From the sequence record SRR31156797_2210: 43,031 bases of DNA; one strand, given 5' to 3'. Shown here piece by piece: positions 21,699 through 31,090 of this stretch. Below the pieces are notes generated by a model. It saw nothing but the letters and a program-made list of their open reading frames with translations. It had not been told where the DNA came from and ran no database searches. Position 1 is the first letter of the stretch, and each line of letters opens with the position of its first letter. The translations under genes were made by a program, and so were the position numbers.

Positions 21699-23049
21699 CT
21701 ACATGTCTTCTATTTTGTGGAGCTGTCCGAAATACAAAAGTTCCATCTGAATGTTTTGGATAGAAGGACTCTCCATTATAAACCATCCGCCCTTTGGCAA
21801 ATACAAAATCGGCACGACCTTTTAGTTTGTACATAGGCATATCATCCTGTTCAGAATTAGAAATGGTGCAATATAAATTTCGATCGAATGTAGGATTCCA
21901 AATTACAAAGTCGGCATCTGCTCCAGGTTTAAGCACACCCTTTTGAGGCCACAAGCCCATAATTTTAGCTGGCCGGGTAGAAACCAAATCAACCAATTGC
22001 AAAATATTAATATGCTTTTCGGTAACACCAACGGTATAAAGCATACTCAAGTAATTTCGCAAATTAAAATACTTATCGGGGCGGTTATATACCAAATCTT
22101 CATTTACATCGTCTTCAATAGTTAAATTAAAAGAAGGCGGATTAATCAAGAACCTTTTATTTTTTACCAGTCTCCAAATTTTTTCCTCGCTTATAGTTTG
22201 AACTCCGCTTGCAGATGCAATTCTACTTATAGAGTCTTTATGCATATCTTTTGATTTAACTGAAACTCCAATGGAAAAAGGCAAACTTAAACCTGCATAA
22301 AAGTCACCATTTTCATCCAACCCTTTCTGAATCAAATCCAGCTCTTCCTGAAATTTCACATTCAAAAACATCAAAGGGCAATCAAACTTTAAACCCAGCT
22401 CTATTAAAATAGATAAGGCATTAAAATGATGCTTGAGCGCAACCGGATTATTGAATTTAATATGCTCACTACTACTCTTTCCCAATTCAGGAATACTTAG
22501 GTCGCAAATGATTAACAAATTAAATTCGGATGCTTTTCGAACCAAGGATTCCAGAATGGCATACTCTACACTTTCGAGCATTGAAACACTAATTAAAAAA
22601 GTAGATATCCCTTCATGGATATAACTATAATTAAAAGCATTGGCCATGTTCTTTTTTAGATCTGAAAACGCCAAATGAAAACCATAATCAATTAAGTTTC
22701 GTCGTGCCTTTTCTTTTGCCTTGTAAATATTGTAGATGTAATTCTTTTCGTAAAAATCTTCCACAGCATCCAGCATTGTAGTAGTACCGTTATATATCTC
22801 TGCCTGATTTAACTTTTTAAGCTCCTCATTCTCTAATCCTTCCTTACTTAAATTTAAAAAATGCCTGTTTACATCAATGGCTCCCGGAATAATATATTTA
22901 CCTGTGGCATCAATAACCGGTGTTTCACTGGTTGGCCTTTCAATATTTGCATCTATTAATAGGATTTTATTGCCCCCAACAAGAATATCCTCTGTTATAA
23001 TAGCAGACTCTTTCACCACATATCCATTTTTTATTACCAGGTAATTCAT
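21691..23049 (-). CDS. Dihydropyrimidinase/hydantoinase-like amidohydrolase-fold protein, probably catalytically inactive
   Basis: VIKNGYVV, IDATGKYIIPGAID, GTTT, DYGFH, STRPAKIMGLWPQKGVLKPGADADFVIW; metal ligands appear substituted. Overlaps the FtsE-like gene's 3' end by 8 bp. Confidence 0.8.
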   Translation of the reverse strand: MNYLVIKNGYVVKESAIITEDILVGGNKILLIDANIERPTSETPVIDATGKYIIPGAIDVNRHFLNLSKEGLENEELKKLNQAEIYNGTTTMLDAVEDFYEKNYIYNIYKAKEKARRNLIDYGFHLAFSDLKKNMANAFNYSYIHEGISTFLISVSMLESVEYAILESLVRKASEFNLLIICDLSIPELGKSSSEHIKFNNPVALKHHFNALSILIELGLKFDCPLMFLNVKFQEELDLIQKGLDENGDFYAGLSLPFSIGVSVKSKDMHKDSISRIASASGVQTISEEKIWRLVKNKRFLINPPSFNLTIEDDVNEDLVYNRPDKYFNLRNYLSMLYTVGVTEKHINILQLVDLVSTRPAKIMGLWPQKGVLKPGADADFVIWNPTFDRNLYCTISNSEQDDMPMYKLKGRADFVFAKGRMVYNGESFYPKHSDGTFVFRTAPQNRRHVVN

Positions 23050-23222
23050 TTTTTCAAGAGTTTTATACTTGCTAGTTAATGATGTAAAACAAGTTAAATT
23101 TTTAAGGTTCTATTCTAAATTTACGTTAAATATCATCACCGAACAACATAAAAAAGAACATTCTTTAGTCCATGCTCAAACAAATCTCTATTTTTGCAGC
23201 TTTTATTTTTTAATCGAAGTTT

Positions 23223-24119
23223 ATGTGGTGGTTACTGGCTATAGTTTCAGCGCTGTTTTTAGGTATTTACGATGTTGTTAAAAAGGTTTCTGTTAATAAT
23301 AATGCGGTTTTGCCCGTGCTTTTATTCAGTTCCGTAAGTGCTGCAATTATTTTTGTACCTATCCTTTTGTTTTCGCAATACGGGATATTCCCCGAGGATC
23401 ATTTACTATACGTGCCATCCGTACCTCTAAAAGTACATGGATTATTATTTCTAAAATCTGTTATTGTAGTGGCTTCCTGGACTTTTTCATTCTTTGCACT
23501 TAAATATCTGCCACTAACTATTGTTTCGCCCATCAGGGCAACCGGTCCTTTATGGACGCTAATTGGTGCTATTATTATTTTTGGAGAGCAATTAACCACC
23601 TATCAATGGATGGGGATCATTGTAACGCTGGCATTTTTCTATATGTTTTCAACTGCCGGTAAAATAGAAGGTATTTCTTTTAGAAAAAACAAATGGATAT
23701 TCTTTATCATATTAGGAACATTATTTGGCGCCATTAGTGGTTTATACGACAAATTCCTTCTTCGACAAATCAACCGAATGGCCGTACAATGTTACTTTAC
23801 CTTTTACCAGGTTGTAATATTTGTGCCTTTAGTGATGATGATATGGTGGCCTACCAGAAAAAAAACATCTCGCTTTGTTTGGAGATGGAGTATTCCTTTA
23901 ATTGGAATATTCTTGCTGATAGCCGATTTCTTTTATTTTTACGCGCTTCATATTCCGGAAAGTATGATATCCATTGTATCTGCATTAAGGAGAGGTAGCG
24001 TTGTGATTGCTTTTATTTTTGGTGCTTATTTGTTTAAAGAAAAGAATATTAAAACCAAAGCTATTTATCTGGCCGGTATTTTAATTGGAATCGGATTACT
24101 TATATTTGGAACTAAATAA
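23223..24119 (+). CDS. EamA/DMT-family transporter
   Basis: About 10 TM helices in two repeats; ALKYLPLTIVSPI, IFGEQL, LFKEK. Confidence 0.88.
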   Translation: MWWLLAIVSALFLGIYDVVKKVSVNNNAVLPVLLFSSVSAAIIFVPILLFSQYGIFPEDHLLYVPSVPLKVHGLLFLKSVIVVASWTFSFFALKYLPLTIVSPIRATGPLWTLIGAIIIFGEQLTTYQWMGIIVTLAFFYMFSTAGKIEGISFRKNKWIFFIILGTLFGAISGLYDKFLLRQINRMAVQCYFTFYQVVIFVPLVMMIWWPTRKKTSRFVWRWSIPLIGIFLLIADFFYFYALHIPESMISIVSALRRGSVVIAFIFGAYLFKEKNIKTKAIYLAGILIGIGLLIFGTK

Positions 24120-24140
24120 CATATCCAATTCAACATTAAA

Positions 24141-24689
24141 ATGAGTGAAGTAAAGCTAAAGAATTACAACAACAGCTGGTACAAACCCGGTGGTGCCATT
24201 AAAAGAGCACTTTGGTATGGTGTAAATGTGCTATTCTTTATTAATCCACTCTGTCCATCATCCGGCATAAAAAAGTTTTTACTGAAACTATTTGGTGCAA
24301 GCATTGAAAAAGGCGTTGTTATTAAACCCGGCGTAAATATTAAGTACCCCTGGAAACTGAGCATTGGTGAATATACCTGGATTGGAGAAAAAGTTTGGAT
24401 TGATAACCTGGACGAAGTAAAAATTGGCAAAAATTGCTGTATTTCTCAGGGAGCCATGCTACTATGTGGCAATCACAACTACAAATCGCCCACATTTGAT
24501 TTAATGATTGGATCTATCACTTTAGAGGACGGTGTTTGGATTGGTGCACAAAGCATGCTTACCCCTAATACCACTTGTAAATCTCACAGCATTTTATCTG
24601 TACAATCGGTGGCTTCAGGCACATTGGAAGCTTATACTATTTACAGAGGCAATCCGGCTCAGAAGGTTAAAGACCGAGAGATTAAATAA
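24141..24689 (+). CDS. WcaF-like hexapeptide-repeat O-acetyltransferase
   Basis: LLKLFGASI, IKPGVNIKYPWKLSIGEYTWIGE, ISQGAMLLCGNHNY, IYRGNPA. Confidence 0.88.
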   Translation: MSEVKLKNYNNSWYKPGGAIKRALWYGVNVLFFINPLCPSSGIKKFLLKLFGASIEKGVVIKPGVNIKYPWKLSIGEYTWIGEKVWIDNLDEVKIGKNCCISQGAMLLCGNHNYKSPTFDLMIGSITLEDGVWIGAQSMLTPNTTCKSHSILSVQSVASGTLEAYTIYRGNPAQKVKDREIK

Positions 24690-24814
24690 TCGAATAGGTA
24701 TAAGGATTATTCCCTCTTCCTCACTCCTACTTGTGAAGCACCTATTACAAAAGCCATCCATTTTGAACACCTTTTGCATTGTGCCTTTAACAAACATCGC
24801 ATGCCCTATAAAAT

Positions 24815-25010
24815 AAGCTTTGACTATTTAGTCATGCTTCCATTTTTTGATATTTCATGCTTTGACTAAATAGTTAAGCCTCCACTTTTCAATATTTCTT
24901 GCTTTAACTAAATAGTCACGCCTTCACTTTTTGATTTTTCAAGGCTTGACTAAATAGTCATGGCCTTCCTGGCAATAATTCAAGCTTTGACTATTTAGTC
25001 ACGACTCTCC
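24815..25010. repeat. Non-coding tandem array of five ~42-bp units with a 14-bp palindromic core
   Basis: Cores at 24821 TGACTATTTAGTCA, 24863 TGACTAAATAGTTA, 24905 TAACTAAATAGTCA, 24947 TGACTAAATAGTCA, 24988 TGACTATTTAGTCA; spacing 42/42/42/41. Confidence 0.92.
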
Positions 25011-25094
25011 TGGCTGTTCATCTTTAATATTTTCCTACAATCATGCACAAACTGAAGCTATTATACTATACCTTAATATCCCACCCTACAAACG

Positions 25095-25130
25095 AAAAAA
25101 AACCGACTTGACATCTCAAGTCGGCTTTTT
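25095..25130. terminator. Intrinsic terminator for the TlpA gene, possibly bidirectional
   Basis: A8-ccgacttga-catc-tcaagtcgg-cTTTTT. Confidence 0.8.
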
Positions 25131-25187
25131 AAATACAACCTAATCTAAACCTAATATTAATCTAACGAAATTCGTTCATATATATTC

Positions 25188-26291
25188 TTATCTCGAGAAT
25201 ATTTCCTTCAACTTATCTTTTAAGGCTTCTCCTTTTAAATCTTTAGCTATTATTCTACCTGTTGGATCTATTAAAAAATTGGCAGGAACATAAGAAATCC
25301 CATATCTGGTAGCCACATTCCCATCTTCGACATCTGAATCTAGCAATGAATGCCATTTAACAAAAAACCTTTCTGAATCTTCTTTCAGTTTATCGATATT
25401 TTTGCCTCCTGCAATACTAATTACTTCAAAGCCCTCTTCTTTATACTTTTTATACTCAGGCAAAATATTTTCATTCTCTCTTACACAACCCGGACAACCC
25501 ATTTTCCAAAACTCCAATAGAACAAATTTTCCATAAAAGTCCTTTAAACTAACTTGCCCCCCGGTAATATCCGATAATGTAAAGGATTCTGCAATATCGC
25601 CCACTTTTACTTCCTTATTCATCTCCAACCATTTAGAGACAGACTGAGCGTAATCGGATTCCTTGATTTCCGGAGAAAACATTTCATACATTACTTTTAT
25701 CTCTGACTTTGGAAGTACTGGCGTTAAAGATTTTAGTTGAAATGCACTATATAGTTTTTCTGGATTCTCCTTTATATACCTAGATGTGGAGTCAAACCTA
25801 TCTTGAATAGTTTTAAACTGTTGTTGTGATAGAGACTCTACTAGTCCCATATCTTGTTCCTCCATCGCTTTCATTAATTCTGTTACTATACTATCTAACC
25901 TAAGTTCCATCCCAATAGTTGAATTAAAATAGTCGCTATGCTGCTTTTGTATCTCTCCTCCAACAACTTGAGCATATTTCATTTCCCCCTTCATTCCGAC
26001 TAAGGATACGTCAGTATCTTCTAGAAAAAACGCTGTTAACTCCCGTCGAGAGCCTTCTCCTATAAAAATCCCATGAGGGCAAGGTTTTGAACTAGAAACA
26101 CTAAAAGTAAATTTGTTATCTACGATGTAAGCAGTATCTAATTCTCTATTGGTTTCAAAATTTGTTAGTACTACTTTGGTACTATCAGGAAAATGTTCTG
26201 TTTTACCTGTAATTTTAATTTTCCCTTCATTGTTCGCACATGAACTCAAAGCCACTAACAACGTAAAGGCGCTCATCCATATTTTTTTCAT
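25188..26291 (-). CDS. TlpA/ResA-like thiol-disulfide oxidoreductase lipoprotein with N-terminal DUF4369-like domain
   Basis: Lipobox LSSC; SLKDFYGKFVLLEFWKMGCPGC (CxxC), YGISYVPANFLIDPTGRII. Confidence 0.88.
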   Translation of the reverse strand: MKKIWMSAFTLLVALSSCANNEGKIKITGKTEHFPDSTKVVLTNFETNRELDTAYIVDNKFTFSVSSSKPCPHGIFIGEGSRRELTAFFLEDTDVSLVGMKGEMKYAQVVGGEIQKQHSDYFNSTIGMELRLDSIVTELMKAMEEQDMGLVESLSQQQFKTIQDRFDSTSRYIKENPEKLYSAFQLKSLTPVLPKSEIKVMYEMFSPEIKESDYAQSVSKWLEMNKEVKVGDIAESFTLSDITGGQVSLKDFYGKFVLLEFWKMGCPGCVRENENILPEYKKYKEEGFEVISIAGGKNIDKLKEDSERFFVKWHSLLDSDVEDGNVATRYGISYVPANFLIDPTGRIIAKDLKGEALKDKLKEIFSR

Positions 26292-26344
26292 TTTGTTTTG
26301 TGTTAAGTTTGATTAATAATATTAATTGTTCTTCATTTTTAAGT

Positions 26345-27394
26345 TTAATCTAACAATATTCTTCCAAACATATTTTTGCCTCTAACCACAATAAAATAAT
26401 ACGGACTCAAGGCATTATTCATCTCAATATCTTTTTGATATGTGCCACTAAACTTCTTATTCTGCTCCTCAAATAGTATATGGCCGTCTTTATCTAAAAT
26501 ATAAACCTGGGTATTTTCTACATCATCAAATTCCAATGACATACCCACTGTCTTCTTTTCGTTACCAAACTCCTCTTTTATCTTTACCTGCACTTCAACT
26601 CTTGCGGGTCGTAATGCCGGTGCTGTTATCAAGCCAGGCGACAAACCGGCTCTCACCAACAGTTCGGCGTCTTCGAGTTTAATCTGGTCAACTACTTTGG
26701 AGCTACCTGCGTTTTTATCGCTATGCTTTACAAACTTCTCCCCTTTTTCTACCTGAATATTTTTACCGGGATAACGAACAGCGTTCTTTGAGCGATAAGC
26801 AATTACATCTCCCTGCCCCGACAGATCCTCTTCGTTAAACTCCTTTATAATGACCGACTCTCCATCTTCACCCTCTTTACTTTTAACGATAATCCTCTTT
26901 TTAATCACCGTTCGGCCATCCTGTGTAACCGAATCTCTAAGCACCTCAACATCCACACCTTCATGTCCCTTTCCTTCTTTATCTTTAAAAACCCACACTT
27001 GTTTGCCTGGCTCCATTTGATGAGATTTCAATAAAGCATCTATACGTTTATCGTTGGAGCTTAACTTGCTCATTTCAAATATCGAATCCAGATCACCATC
27101 AAAATCAAACTGAAAATCAAAATCCTTAAACACTGAATCACGATTAAACGCCATCACCTTAATCCTTTTCTGAAAATGCTCATCCAGTTGCATAAAGATA
27201 CTGTCCAGTTGCTGGTGCATTTTATCCAAATCTACCACATCTATAATCGTGGTAAAAAAACCATCTTGTGTAATAGAATCATTTTCTCCTTCCTGAATCA
27301 TCACCTTTAGCTCACGATGCTGAGACATCAATGACAATGGTATAATAGCTGCAATTACAAACAGCAACATTAGGGAATTAAGTCTCTTTTTCAT
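26345..27394 (-). CDS. Secreted hypothetical protein with possible T9SS type-A C-terminal sorting domain
   Basis: Signal peptide; charged low-complexity middle; C-terminus VYILDKDGHILFEE...YQKDIEM...YYFIVV...RILLD resembles a CTD. Confidence 0.55.
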   Translation of the reverse strand: MKKRLNSLMLLFVIAAIIPLSLMSQHRELKVMIQEGENDSITQDGFFTTIIDVVDLDKMHQQLDSIFMQLDEHFQKRIKVMAFNRDSVFKDFDFQFDFDGDLDSIFEMSKLSSNDKRIDALLKSHQMEPGKQVWVFKDKEGKGHEGVDVEVLRDSVTQDGRTVIKKRIIVKSKEGEDGESVIIKEFNEEDLSGQGDVIAYRSKNAVRYPGKNIQVEKGEKFVKHSDKNAGSSKVVDQIKLEDAELLVRAGLSPGLITAPALRPARVEVQVKIKEEFGNEKKTVGMSLEFDDVENTQVYILDKDGHILFEEQNKKFSGTYQKDIEMNNALSPYYFIVVRGKNMFGRILLD

Positions 27395-27557
27395 TTGTCT
27401 ATCTTTTTTATTTCAATATCGATAAAACTCTTTAATTCTATATCTATTTATAAATCAGAATTATTTGTCATGCTCATTTTTCAACATTGAAATGTGATGA
27501 TTATTACAACAAGACAATTTCATAATTCAAAAGTATACAAGATATAGATGCCATGCA

Positions 27558-27594
27558 GTTAAGGCGCGGTTAAAATCAGTTAAGGAATAGTTAA
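27558..27594. promoter_or_regulatory. Four phased GTTAA direct repeats (candidate OmpR-family operator)
   Basis: GTTAA at 27558, 27569, 27579, 27590 (spacing 11/10/11) in the divergent promoter region. Confidence 0.6.
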
Positions 27595-27712
27595 AGTAAA
27601 AGTTCAGGCCACAAAAACCTATATATTTACATCATAAAAAATGAGTAAGACTTAATTACTATTCTTTTTAAAGGAGGTATTTAATTAAATCTTTTGTTGG
27701 GTTGTCATATTT

Positions 27713-29341
27713 ATGAAGAAGAAAAAGTCATTTACAGGATTGGTTTTATTGATGGGTTTTTCCTTATTGGGAATTATTCTGGTTCAGTTTTTATGGATGA
27801 ACAATGCCATTGACGTAAGAAAAGAAAAGTTTGATGCAACTGTTTACGATGCTCTAAACGCTACTATTCAGAGAATGCAACGAGAACAAGCTGCCAATTA
27901 TTTTATTCAACAATTTGTTCCCCGCCAAAATACGGCTTTCAATCCTATAGATACTGCAAGAAAAAGAACAACACCTTATTTCCCCTTACCGGGAACAAGC
28001 AATCATCGTTTTTCTCCTAACGATATTGTAAACGCGGCTTCTGAAAGTAAGAACAATTTAAACAGAGGACATATTCAAACGCACATCGAAATTCAAAACA
28101 ATGAAAATGGGCAACAGGTAATCATTGCACAAAACAACTTTGATATAAATGATGAAACCAATCTTCAGGAGATAGAGCAAGCCTTAAACCACATGGAAGA
28201 TTCTTTGCGAAAAGTGCTGAATCGCAGTGATAATATGAATGCATTTAGCTTGTTTAACCAATTTAGTTATGAGTTTGAAATGCGCTCAATGGATGCAGCC
28301 GGTAGAATTGACACCAAAACATTAAAAAGAATTCTTGATTACGAATTAAAAGCACGTGGTATCAACCTCGATTATGAATATGGTATTATAAACCGAAAAA
28401 CAGGACAGTTAACGCAACTTGTCAGCAACAAATACAATGCTGATAAAAGCAACTTTACTTTTGTAGCCAACCTTTTCCCCGATGATATTTTCAGGAGCTG
28501 GTCGCCGATGGCCATGGATATCTATTTCCCAAACCAAAAGGTATTTATTTATAAGTCCTTAAACTTGCTGCTTGGTTCATCTTTGGTATTTACTCTTTTT
28601 ATTCTGATTACTTTTTATTTCACATTAAGAACGATCCTTAACCAAAAAAAGCTATCAGAAATTAAGTCGGATTTCATTAATAATATGACTCATGAATTTA
28701 AAACACCAATAGCCACCATTAACCTGGCTGCTGATAATATTCGAAATCCACAGATTATTAATAATCCGGAACACATTTCTCCTTTTATCAATATTATAAA
28801 AGAAGAAAATAAACGTATGAATAATCAGGTTGAGCGTGTTTTACAAATGTCGTTAATTGAAAAACAAGACTTTAATTTAATGCATGTAAAAACAGATTTA
28901 CACCAACTCATTAATGATGCCGTTGAAAAAATTAAATTACTGGCTGAGCAAAAATCGGCCAACATTTCAATAAATCTAAAAGCCGACTTAACTATTTTTA
29001 ATGTGGATGAAGTTCATTTTACCAACGTTATTATGAACTTATTAGAAAATGCTTTAAAATATACAGAACAAACGCCTGTTATTAATATTCAAACCCAAAA
29101 CACTAAAAACGGAATTGAAATAAGCATAACTGACAACGGTATTGGCATGAGTAAAGAACAGCAAGCTAAAATATTTGAAAAGTTTTTTAGAGCAACCAAG
29201 GGCAATATTCATAATGTAAAAGGATTTGGCTTAGGACTTAGCTATGTAAAAGCTATAGTTAACGAGCACAAAGGCCAGATTTTTGTTAAAAGTAAATTAG
29301 GCGAAGGTTCAACTTTTACACTATTTTTACCATTTAATTAA
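27713..29341 (+). CDS. Membrane sensor histidine kinase (RprX-like)
   Basis: Two TMs around a periplasmic domain; KSDFINNMTHEFKTPI, NLLENALKY, DNGIGM, FEKFFR, KGFGLGLSYVK. Confidence 0.93.
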   Translation: MKKKKSFTGLVLLMGFSLLGIILVQFLWMNNAIDVRKEKFDATVYDALNATIQRMQREQAANYFIQQFVPRQNTAFNPIDTARKRTTPYFPLPGTSNHRFSPNDIVNAASESKNNLNRGHIQTHIEIQNNENGQQVIIAQNNFDINDETNLQEIEQALNHMEDSLRKVLNRSDNMNAFSLFNQFSYEFEMRSMDAAGRIDTKTLKRILDYELKARGINLDYEYGIINRKTGQLTQLVSNKYNADKSNFTFVANLFPDDIFRSWSPMAMDIYFPNQKVFIYKSLNLLLGSSLVFTLFILITFYFTLRTILNQKKLSEIKSDFINNMTHEFKTPIATINLAADNIRNPQIINNPEHISPFINIIKEENKRMNNQVERVLQMSLIEKQDFNLMHVKTDLHQLINDAVEKIKLLAEQKSANISINLKADLTIFNVDEVHFTNVIMNLLENALKYTEQTPVINIQTQNTKNGIEISITDNGIGMSKEQQAKIFEKFFRATKGNIHNVKGFGLGLSYVKAIVNEHKGQIFVKSKLGEGSTFTLFLPFN

Positions 29342-29391
29342 AACCAAACCCGAATCATATCTGGTTCGATAAATAAAACAATACAGACATC

Positions 29392-30087
29392 ATGAGCGAT
29401 AAAAAGAAAGTTTTTATGGTTGAAGACGACCAAAATTTTGGAACGGTAATGAAATCCTATCTTGAAATTAACGGCTACGACGTTACCTGGATAAAAGATG
29501 GAATCAATGCCATGAAAACTTTTGTACCCGGCTATTTTAATATTTGCATTCTGGATGTGATGCTCCCTAATGTGGATGGTTTTACCATTGGAAGAAACAT
29601 TAAAGAAAAAGAACCGGATATTCCGCTTATATTTTTGACTGCAAAAACGCTAAAAGATGATATTTTAGAAGGATTTGGAATTGGAGCTGATGATTATGTA
29701 ACCAAACCTTTTGATTCCGAAATATTAATTGCAAAAATTAATGCCATCTTAAACCGAAGTGCAGCAAAAGAAGAGGAAAAACAGATAAGCTTATTTCAAC
29801 TGGGAAGTATAGAGTTTAATTTTGAATTACGTACATTAACTTCGCCTACCAAAGTACAACAGCTTTCGCCTAAAGAAGCAGAATTACTTCAAATGCTTTG
29901 TGAAGATTTAAACAAAGTAATGCCTCGCGAAAAGGCTTTGAATAAAATCTGGGGAGAAAACAGTTATTTTACAACCCGAAGTATGGATGTGTATATTACC
30001 AAGCTCAGAAAATACTTAAAAGAAGAAACGCGTATTGAGCTTATTAATATTCATGGAAGTGGTTATTTATTAAAGCTAAATGGATAA
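29392..30087 (+). CDS. OmpR-family response regulator (RprY-like)
   Basis: VEDD, ILDVMLPNVDGF, FLTAK, GADDYVTKPF; wHTH LSPKEAELL, RSMDVYITKLRKYL, IHGSGY. Confidence 0.93.
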   Translation: MSDKKKVFMVEDDQNFGTVMKSYLEINGYDVTWIKDGINAMKTFVPGYFNICILDVMLPNVDGFTIGRNIKEKEPDIPLIFLTAKTLKDDILEGFGIGADDYVTKPFDSEILIAKINAILNRSAAKEEEKQISLFQLGSIEFNFELRTLTSPTKVQQLSPKEAELLQMLCEDLNKVMPREKALNKIWGENSYFTTRSMDVYITKLRKYLKEETRIELINIHGSGYLLKLNG

Positions 30088-30090
30088 AAT

Positions 30091-30981
30091 TTAATTGTCG
30101 TTTCGGGCAATTTCTTTCATACTGCTTTTAATCTCAGCCGACAACCCCATTATTTTAAACAGTTTAAATCGGCTTATGTCTGTTTTAAAAACCGGAATCC
30201 TGAAATGCCCGTTTAAGATGTAAGCCTTATTTCCCTGAATACAAATTTCCAATGGCATTGAAGCAATCCCTTCATTTCCCCACAAATCCAAAAGCTTGCT
30301 TTCAATTGCATCATCATTTAGTGCCACCCCCAAAACAGCGACTTCTTTATCCTTAAAACACAATTCATAAACCAATTCTACATTTTCTCCTCCACTTAAA
30401 ATATTACCTTTCACAATCTTTGTAGCTAGCTCAAAATTGTCAAATTCGTTCAATTCAACTACATCGTTAAAGCGCGCCATTGCAGGCAAAAAATGATAGC
30501 TTTGCAAACTTTCCTCATCAATACTATCTCCATAACAAACAGAATCTACAATAAAAGACTGCAAAGCATCCTTTGCCATATCCTCAACCACCTTTGTTAT
30601 ATTATTGATTTCATACTGGTTGGCATCATTAATTAAATAAGCATCTTTTATGTAGTGCGGATTTAGCAAGGTAACTTTAGTAAAACCATTTTGCTGGATT
30701 AAACCTATTTTTAAAACAGCTCCAAATGCCCCTTTGTCTTTTGCACTGGTTGCCAAACTTGTTTGCTCATCACATGAAAAAACAATGACACATAAGCCCG
30801 GATTTTTATCCGGATGATACATCCCTAATATCTCAAAATCGTGCTGAATTAACTCTTTGGTGATTTCAGCTGTTAACTGATCAATAGACTTATTGATTTT
30901 TCCTAAAAGCACAAATGGCTGAACCGCCTCAAGTGCCGTCATTGCCCCTAAAAAAATACAAATTACAAGTGCCCTTTTCAT
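30091..30981 (-). CDS. Secreted hypothetical protein
   Basis: 296-aa ORF with signal peptide; no motif confidently recognised. Confidence 0.7.
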   Translation of the reverse strand: MKRALVICIFLGAMTALEAVQPFVLLGKINKSIDQLTAEITKELIQHDFEILGMYHPDKNPGLCVIVFSCDEQTSLATSAKDKGAFGAVLKIGLIQQNGFTKVTLLNPHYIKDAYLINDANQYEINNITKVVEDMAKDALQSFIVDSVCYGDSIDEESLQSYHFLPAMARFNDVVELNEFDNFELATKIVKGNILSGGENVELVYELCFKDKEVAVLGVALNDDAIESKLLDLWGNEGIASMPLEICIQGNKAYILNGHFRIPVFKTDISRFKLFKIMGLSAEIKSSMKEIARNDN

Positions 30982-31090
30982 TTATTATCCATCTGATACT
31001 ACCCTTAAATCATATGGAGCAATATAAGAAAGATTTTTAAAATTAACAGTTATTAACAATTTAAAGTTAAATGAATTTTTTAGTCAACGT

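Noticed and set aside
24532-24816. Short ORFs 24532-24816 (+) and 24615-24797 (-) as proteins cognate to the array
   Set aside because: Both overlap wcaF-like coding sequence and show no recognisable motif; likely spurious.
24815-25010. Calling the 42-bp array a CRISPR array or a TIGR-type guide array
   Set aside because: The conserved part is only ~14-20 nt, the linkers are related to each other rather than unique, and no cas or Nop-domain gene is visible in the window. Kept as an unexplained repeat.
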